64,000 nt of DNA from Candidatus Marinacidobacterium sp. GTDB taxonomy: Bacteria > Acidobacteriota > Vicinamibacteria > Marinacidobacterales > Marinacidobacteraceae. Under the pieces are notes generated by a model. The model saw only the letters and a program-made list of their open reading frames with translations, ran no database searches and was not told where the DNA came from. The stretch covers positions 928,001 through 992,000 of the forward strand of contig OZ242011.1 in NCBI GenBank assembly GCA_965204755.1. The letters run 5' to 3'. A program made the position numbers and the translations under genes. Below are positions 19,756 through 28,700 of the stretch, one piece after another (position 1 is the stretch's first letter; every line of letters begins with the position of its first letter).

Positions 19756-22700
19756 AAGACCAGCGAAGTCGTCCCGCTCCCGGAGGCGTAGGCGGCCTGG
19801 CGGATGGCGCTGCCGATGGTGAGCGCCACCTGCGGGGACCCGGTAACCGTTACCGGCTCGCTGAACTCGACCGTGACTTCGAGGACATCGCCGAGGACGA
19901 AGGTCCCGTTCGCGCCCTGCGCCTCGCCGCCGACGGTGACCCCGGTAACCGTCGGGGCGGCGGCGTCGGCGCCGCCCCCGGCCACCACGAAGCCGCCGTC
20001 GTCCGCGATCCCGTCCCTGCTGGTCGCGCCGCCGGCGAGGTCGGCGGCGTTGCCGGAGGCGTCGGTGATGCTCCCGCCGTTCAGCGCGAGCGCGGAGGCG
20101 GGGACGGCCACGCCGTCGGCGTCGGCGTCCCCGGAAACGACGGTGTAGCGGAAGACCAACGATCTCGTCCCGCTGCCGGAGGCGTAGTCGGCCTGGCGGG
20201 TGGGCGCGCCGACGCCGACGCCGACGGCGAGGGCCAGCCGCGGCGTCCCGGTAACCGTTACCCGCTCGCTGAACTCCACCGCCGCCTCGATCGCGTCCCC
20301 GGCGATGAAGGCGCCGCCCGCGCCCTGCCCGGTTCCCGAGAGGGTCACGCCGGTAACCGTCGGCGCCTGCAGGTCCGCCGCCGCCCCGTCCACCGGGAAG
20401 TCCGGGTGGTCGGCGACCGCGTGGGGCCCGAGGCCGAGCGCCGCCGCGTTGCCGGAGGCGTCCGCGATCGTCCCGCCGTTCAGGGCGAGCGCGGAGGCGG
20501 GGAGGCCCGCGCCGTTCGGGTCGGCGTCCCCCCGGACGACGAGGTAGCGGAAGGTCAGCGAGTCCGTCCCGCTGCCGGCGGCGTAGTCGGCGAGGCGGGT
20601 GGCCGCGCCGACGGTGATCGCCGCCTGCGGGGTCCCGGTAACCGTTACCTCCTCGCTGAAGACCACCACCGCCTCGAGTTCGTTTCCGGCGACGAAGACG
20701 ACGCCTTCGCGGCCGCCGCTGCCGCCGTCCGGGTTCCCGGCGAGCCGGGCCCCGACCACCGTCGGGCCCACCCGGTCGCCGGCGGCGGCGTCCACCGGGA
20801 AGCCGGCGGCGTCGGCGACCGCGTGGGCGCCGAGCCCCAGCGCCGCGTCGTTCCCCGCGTCGTCCCGGATCGTCCCGCCGTTCCGGGTGAGCGCGGCGGC
20901 GGGGACGCCGAGCCCGTTCGGGTCGGAGTCGCCGGCGGCGACGGCGTAGGCGAAGACCAGCCGGGTCGTCCCGCTGCCGGATTGGTAGGCCGCCGGGCGG
21001 GTGAGCAGGCCGACCGCCAACTCCAACTGCGGGGTGCCGGTAACCGTTACCGGCTCGCTGAAGGAGACCGTCGCCTCGAAGGCGTCGCCGGCGATGAAGA
21101 CGCCGTTCGCGCCCTGCGGCGCGGTCCCGACGGCGGAGAGGCTCACCCCGGTCACCGTCGGCGCGACGGTGTCGGAGCCGCTCCCGTCCACCGGCCGGGC
21201 CGCCAGGTCTCCGTCGGCGATCGCGTGGGCGCCGAGGCCGCGCTCGGCGGCGTTCCCCGCGGCGTCGCGGATCGTCCCGCGGTTCAGTTCGAGGGCATCG
21301 GCGGCGACGCTGACCCCGTTCGCGTCGGTGTCCCCGGCGGCGACGGTGTAGCGGAAGAGCAGCGAGGAAGGCCCGCTGCCGGCGGCGCGGTAGTTCGCGT
21401 AGCGGGTGGCCGCGCCGACGGTGAGGACCAGCCGCGGCGTCCCGGTAACGGTTACCGGCTCGTCGAAGTCCACCGTGAACTCCAGGAAGTCGCCGGGGAC
21501 GGAGGTCCGGGCCGGGCCCGACGGCTCGCCGCCGGCGGTGAGCCCGGTCACCGTCGGCGGCCTCCGGTCGGCGCCGTCCCCGTCCACCGGGAAGGCGGCG
21601 GCGTCCGGGATCGCGTGGCTGCCGAGGTCGAGGGCGGCGAGGTTGCCCGCCGGGTCGGCGATCGTCCCGCCGTTCGTCCCGCCGTTGCGGGAGAGCGCCG
21701 AGGCGGCGACGGACACGCCGTTCGCGTCCTCGTCCCCGGCGGCGACGGTGTAGCGGAAGACCAGCGAGGAGGTCCCGCTCCCGGAGGCGTAGTCCGCCCG
21801 GCGGGCGGCCTCGCCGACGGTCAACGCCGCCTGCGGCGTCCCGGTAACGGTTACCGGCTCGCTGAACTCCACGGTGAGCGCGATCTCGTCCCCGGCGATG
21901 AAGGCGCGCGGAGCGTTGACCGAGGGGGCGGCGCCCTGGCCGGTCCCGGAGAGCGCGGCGCCGGTGACCCGGGGGGCGATCCGGTCCACCGACCCGTCCA
22001 CCCGGAAGGCGGCGTCGTCCGGGAGGGCGCGGGCGCCGAGGCCGAGCGCCGCGTTCCGGCCGGCGCGGTCGGTGATCGTCCCGCCGTTCAGCGCGAGCGC
22101 CGAGGCGGCGACGGCGACGCCGTCCGGGTCGGCGTCCCCCCGGGCGACGGTGTAGCGGAAGGTGAGCGTGGTGGAGCCGCTTCCGGAGCGGTAGTCCGCC
22201 GGCCGGGCGGCGCTCCCCACGGTGAGCGCCAGCCGGGGGGTCCCGCCGGTCGCGTCCACCGTTACCGGCTCGCTGAAGGTGACCGCCGCGTCGATGGCGT
22301 CGCCGGAGATGAAGACGCCGTTCGCGCCCTGCGGCGCGGTCCCGACGGCGGAGAGGGTGACGCCGGTTACCGAGGCCGCGGCGCGCCCGGCCCCGTCCAC
22401 CACCGCGCCGCCGGCGGCGGCGGCGTGCTCGCCGAGGTCGAGGTCGGCGGCCAGCGAGCCGTCGGCGATCCGCCCGCCGTTCGCCCGGAGCGCCGAGGCG
22501 GCGAGGGTGATCCCGTCCGCGTCGGCGTCCGCCCGGACCACGGCGTAGCGGAAGACCAGGGAGGCGGTCCCGCTGCCGGAGGCGTAGGTCGCGTAGCGGG
22601 TGGCCGACCCGATCCCGAGCGCCACCCGCGGGGCGCCGGTAACCGTCACCTCCTCGCTGAAGTCCACGGTTACTACCAGGGCGTCCCCGGCGAGGAAGGC

Positions 22701-25700
22701 GCCGTCCGCGCCCCGCGCCGTCCCGGAGACGGTCACCCCGGCCACCGCCGGGGCGCGGACATCGGCGGCGGCGGTGTCCACCCGGAAGCGGGGGGCGCCG
22801 ACGATGAACCCGTGGTGGAGGTGGGCCGAAAGGTCGAGCGAGGCGGCGTTGCCGGCGGCGTCCACGATGGGCCCGGCGCTCCGGCCCGGCCCTGCCTCCA
22901 CCCCCAGCGAATTGGCGAGGAATCCGATCCCGTCCGCGTCCAGGATCCGGTCGCCGGGGGCGGGGGTGGGCACCGTCCAGCGGAAGGTCAGGGAACTCGT
23001 CCCGCTGCCCGACGGCCGGCGCGCGGTACCGGTGTGGCCGGTCAGGAAGACCAGGAGGTTCGCGCCGGTGGTAACGGTTACCGGTTCGCTGAACTCGACG
23101 GTGATGGAGATCCGGTCGCCGGAGGTGAACACCCCGCCGGCGGCGCTCCCCGTCCCCGCCAGCCGGAGCCCGGTAACCCTCGGGGCGACGGTGTCCTCCG
23201 CCCCGCCCTCCACCCGGAAGCGGCGGTCGTCCGTCACCGCGTGGGCGCCGAGGCCGGGCAGCGCGTCGCGGTTCGCGCGGTCCCGGATCGTCCCGCCGCT
23301 GCGGTCGAGCGCGGAGGCGGCGACGCTGATCCCGTCGTCGTCGGCGTCGCCGCGGGCCACCCGGTAGCGGAAGCGGAGGGTGCGCGTCCCGCTGCCGAGC
23401 GCGTAGTCGGCGTAGCGGGCGGCGGTCCCGACGGTGAGCGCGAGGCGCGGGGCGCCGGTAACCGTTACCCGCTCGCTGAAAGTCACCGCCGCTTCGACGA
23501 GGTCGCCGGCGGTGAAGACGCCGCCCTCGCCCTGCCCGCTCCCGGAGAGCGCGAGCCCGGTAACCGTCGGGGCGGCGGCGTCCGTCCCGCTCCCGTCCAC
23601 CGCCGCGCCGCCGTCGGTTACGGCGTGCTCCCCGAGGCCGAGCGCGGCGGCGTTCCCGGAGGCGTCGGCGACGGTCCCGCCGTTCAACCGCAGGGCCGAG
23701 TCGCCGAGGCTGACCCCGTTCGGGTCGCGGTCCTCCGGCGCCACGGTGTAGCGGAAGACCAGGGCGGAGGTCCCGCTGCCGCGCGCGTAGTCGGCGTAGC
23801 GGAGGACCCGGCCGACGGCGAGGGCCGCCCGCGGGGTCCCGGTAACCGTCGCCGGTTCGTGGAACTCGACGGTGATCTCGAGGTCGTCGCCGGCGATGAA
23901 GACCCCTCCGGCGCCGCTGGCCACGCCGCCGACGGTTACCCCGGTTACCGCCGGCCCCTCCGCGCCGCCCCGCACCACGAAGTCGGGGTCGCTGGTTATG
24001 GCGTGGCTGCCCAGGTCGAGCGCGGCGTCGTTCCCGGCGGCGTCCCGGATGTGGCCGGCGCCGGGGATGCGGATCCCGCTGGCGCCGACCCCGGACGGGG
24101 CGGAGTGGAACCGGCTCACCTCGAGGACGAAACCCAGGTGACTCGTCCCGCTGCGGATCCCCTGCATGTAGGCGGGAGTGCTCGGGGACAGGGAGGAAAC
24201 GACCAGTTCCGGAACCCCTCCCACGGAGTGCTCGGTGATCCGCTCGCTGAACTCGACGGTGAACAGGATCTCGTCCCCGTTGACGAAGACGCCGCCGGGG
24301 CCGGAGCCGGTTCCCGAAATCGTCAGCCCGGTGATCGTCGGCGCCGCCGTGTCCGCCGCCGCGCCGTTCACCGTGGCGCCGGAGTCGTCCGCGATCGCGT
24401 GGGCGCCGAGGCCGAGCGCGGCGTTGTTGTTCGCCCGGTCCCTGATGGTCCCGCCGGCCAGCGAGAGCGCCGAGGCGCCGGCGGAGACCCCGTTCGCGTC
24501 GGCGTCGCCGGCAACCACGGCGTAGCGGAACACCAGCGCGCTCGTCCCGCTGCCGGAGGCGTAGGACGCGTACCGGGTGGCGGTCCCCACGGCGAGCGCG
24601 AGCCGGGGGGTCCCGGTAACCGTTACCGGCTCGCTGAAGGACACCGTCGCTTCCAGCACATCGCCGGCGATGAAGACGCCGTTCGCGCCCTGCGGCGCCG
24701 GCGCGGCGCCGGAGAGGGCCGCCCCGGTTACCGTCGGGACGACGGTGTCCGTCGCGCCCCCGGCCACCACCGGGCCGCCGTCGGTTATGGCGTGGGTCCC
24801 GAGGCCGAGCGCGGCGGCGTTCCCGGCGGCGTCGGCGATCGTCCCGCCGTTCAGGGTCAGCGCCGAAGCGCCGATCCCGACGCCGTTCGCGTCGGTATCG
24901 CCGGCGGCCACGGCGTAGCGGAAGACCAGCGCGTTCGTCCCGCTGCCGGAGGCGTAGTCCGCCCGGCGGGTGTCCGCGCCGACGGTCAGCGCCGCCTGCG
25001 GGGTCCCGGTAACCGTTACCGCTTCGGTGAAAGTGACGGTTACCTCGATTTCGTCGCCGGCGATGAAGACGCCGTTCGCGCCGCGCCCGCTGCCGGAGAG
25101 CGTCACCCCGGCCACCGTCGGCGAAGTCGCGTCCGCCCCGTCCCCGTCCAGTACGAAGTCGGGGTGGTTCGCGACGGCGTGGCTTCCCGGGTCGAGCGAC
25201 GCGTCGTTGCCGGCGGCGTCCCGGAGGGTGACGCCCCGCCACAGTTGGAGGATGCCGGTGCTGATCCCGTCCGCGTCGGCGTCGGTCGCGAGCACGGTGT
25301 AGCGGAACACCAGGGAACTCGTCCCGCTGCCGGAAACGAGTTCCGCGAGTTGCGTGTTGTGGTTGAGGTGCACGAACGCGGCGCCGCTCCCGGTCTTGGT
25401 TACCGGTTCGCTGAACTCGACGGTTACGGTGATCTCGTCCCCGGCGACGAAGACGCCGCCCGGGCCGGTTCCGGTTCCCGAAAGCGTTACCCCGGTGATC
25501 GTCGGGGCGGCCCCGTCCGCCGCGGCGCCGTTCACCGTGAAGGCGGCGTCGTTCGCGATCGCGTGGGTCCCGAGGCCGAGCGCCGCGTCGTTCGGCGTCG
25601 CGTGCTGCGACCAGTCCCCGTCGCCGATGAAGTCCTTGATCGTCCCGCCGTTCAGGGCGAGCGCCGAGGCGCCGACGCCGATGCCGTTCGCGTCGGCGTC

Positions 25701-28700
25701 GCCGGAGGCGACGGTGTAGCGGAACGCCAGCGTGGCCGTCCCGCTGCCGGAGGCGTAGTCGGCCTGGCGGGTGGCGCTCCCGATGGTGAGCGCCAACTGC
25801 GGGGCCCCGGTTACCCGGACCGGCTCGTCGAACTCCACCGCCGCTTCGATCGCGTCGCCGGCGCGGAAGACCCCGCCCGCGCCGGTCCCGGCGCCCGACA
25901 GCGTGAGCCCGACCACCGTCGGCGCCACCTGGTCCCGGTTCTGCCCCCGCAGGGAGAAGTCCCCGTCGCGCGCGAGCGCGTGCGACCCGAGGTCGAGCGC
26001 GGCGGCGTTCCCCGCGGCGTCCAGGATCGTCCCGCCGTTCAGCGCGAGCGCCGAGGCGCCGACGCTGAGGCCGTTCCGGAACCAGTCCCGCGCCTCCACG
26101 CGGTAGCGGAACACCAGCGAGGCCGTCCCGCTGCCGGACGCATAGTTCGCGTGGCGCGTCCCCCGGGTGTTGCCTTCGTGGCCGGTGAGCGCGAGCCGGG
26201 GCGTCCCGGTAACCGTTACCGGCTCGCTGAAGGTGATCGTCGCTTCGAGCACATCGCCGGCGATGTAGTTGTTCCGGTCGTTCTTCTTGACGCCCGCCAG
26301 CGCGGCGCCGACGACCGCGGGTTGGGCCGCGCCGGCGCTCCCGTCCACCTTGAAGTCGGGGTGGTCGGTGATGGCGTGGGTTCCGAGCGCGAGCGCCGCG
26401 TCGTTCGGCGTGGCCGCCCCGTCGGCGATCGTCCCGCCGTTCAGCGCGAGGGCCGAAGCGGTAACGGAGATCCCGTTCGCGTCGGTGTCCGCCGCCGCCA
26501 CCGTGTAGCGGAAGACCAGCGAAGTCGTGCCGCTGCCGGAGGCGTAGTCCGCCTGTTTCGTGGCCGCGCCGACGGTGAGCGCGACCTGCGGGGTCCCGGT
26601 AACGGTCACGATCTCGTCGAAGCGCGCGGTTACCTCGATCCCGTCCCCGGCGCGGAAGGCGCCGTAGTCGGCGGTCCCGGTTCCCGAGAGCGAAACGCCG
26701 ACCACCGTCGGGCTGCGGGTATCGGCGGCGGTCCCGTCCACGGTGTAGCCGCCTTGGTCGCGCAGCGCGTGGCCGCCGAGGGCGAGCGCGGCGTCGTTCC
26801 CGGCGCGGTCCCGGACGGTGGCGCCGGGCGGAGCGGCGAGCGCCGAGGCGGTAACGCTGATCCCGTTGGTATCGGTATCCCCGGAGGCGACGGTGTAGGC
26901 GAAGACCAGTTCGGTCGTCCCGCTCCCGGAGGCGTAGTCCGCCTGCCGGGTGGCGCTGCCGACGGTGAGCGCCAACTGCGGCGTCCCGGTAACGGTTACC
27001 GCTTCGCTGAAGGTTACGGTCGCTTCGATGGCGTCGCCGGGGACGAAGGCGCCGCCCGCGCCGTTCGCCACCCCGGAGAGCGAAAGGCCGGTAACCGTCG
27101 GCGCGAGGGTGTCGCTCCCGTCCCCGTCCACCGCGAGGTCGCCGTCGGTGATGGCGTGGCTCCCGAGGCCGAGCGAGGCGGCGTTCCCGGAGGCGTCGGC
27201 GATCGTCCCGCCGTTCAGCGAGAGCGCCGAAGCGGCGACGGAGATGCCGTTCGCGTCGTCGTCCGCCGTTACCACGGTGTAGGCGAACGCGAGCGAAGTC
27301 GTCCCGCTGCCGGAGGAATAGTCCGCCGGTTTCGTCGCCGCGCCGATGGTGAGCGCCAACTGCGGGGTCCCGGTAACCGTTACCGCCTCGCTGAAGGTAA
27401 CGCTCGCTTCGAGCCGGTCGCCGGCGACGAGGACGCCGCCGGTTCCCGACCCGCTTCCCGAAAGCGTCAGTCCGGTAACGGTCGGGCCGGCGGCGTCCGC
27501 CGCGCCGCCGTCCACGGTGTAGTCGTCGTCGTCGGCGATCGCGTGGGCGCCGAGGCCGAGCGAGGCGGCGTTGCCGGCGGCGTCGGTGATCGTCCCGCCG
27601 TTCAGGGCGAGCGCCGAGGCGCCGACCGAGACGCCGTCGGAGTCGGCGTCGCCGGCGGCGACGGTGTAGCGGAAGGCCAGCGAGGCCGTGCCGCTTCCGG
27701 AGGCGTAGTCGGCCTGGCGGGTGGCGGCGCCGACGGCGAGGGCGGCCCGCGGGGTCCCGGTAACCGTGGCCGCTTCGTGGAAGTCCACGGTTACGGTGAT
27801 CCGGTCGCCGGCGGTGAAGACGCCGTTCGCGCCGGTGCCGGTCCCGGAGAGCGAAACGCCGGTCACCCGGGGGCCGGAGAGGTCCTGGTAACTCCCCTGC
27901 ACCCGGAAGCGGAAGTCGTTCGTTACCGCGCGCGAGCCGAGGGAGAGGGTTTCGGCGGTGGCGGCGTTGCCGTCGGCGTCGGCGATGGTCCCGCCGTTCA
28001 GGGTGAGCGCCGATGCGCCGATGGAGATGCCGTCGGCGTCGGCGTCGCCGGCGGCGACGGTGTAGGTGAAGCGCAGGGTGGTCGTCCCGCTGCCGGAGGC
28101 GTAGGAGGCCTGGCGGGTGGCGGTCCCTATGGCGAGGGCCAACTGCGGGGTCCCGGTAACCGTCGCCGCCCGGTTGAACTCCACGGCGGCGGTGATCTCG
28201 TCGCCGGCGCGGAAGATGGCGCCGCCGGCGCCGCCGTTCCCCTGCCCGGAGAGCGAGACCCCGGTTACCGTCGGGCCGGAGACCGCCGCCGCGCCGCCGT
28301 CCACCAGCAGGGCGGGGTCGTCGGCGATCGCGTGGTCACCGAGGCCGAGGCTCGCGGCGCCGTCCTCGTCGGCGATGCTCCCGCCGTTCAGGGTCAGCGC
28401 CGAGGCGCCGACGGAGACGCCGTCGGTGTCGGTGTCGCCGGCGGCCACGGTGTAGCGGAAGACCAGGGTGGTCGTCCCGCTGCCGAGTGAGTAGGCCGCG
28501 TGGCGGGTGGCGCCGCCGACGGTGAGGGCGACCTGCGGGGTCCCGGTAACCGTTACCGGCTGGTCGAACGCCACCCGGACTTCGAGGGTGTCCCCGGCGA
28601 TGAAGGAACCGCTCGGCCCCCTCCCGGCCCCGGACACCGTTACCCCGGCCACGCTCGGCGGAGCGCCGTCCCCGTCCACCATGAGCGGCCCGTCGGTAAA

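Noticed and set aside
19756-25242. N-terminal ~1830 aa of the 8046-aa ORF, and the 2657-aa ORF at 3968-11941
   Set aside because: Arg/Gly/Pro-rich off-frame translations of the adhesin; the repeat consensus lies in another frame.
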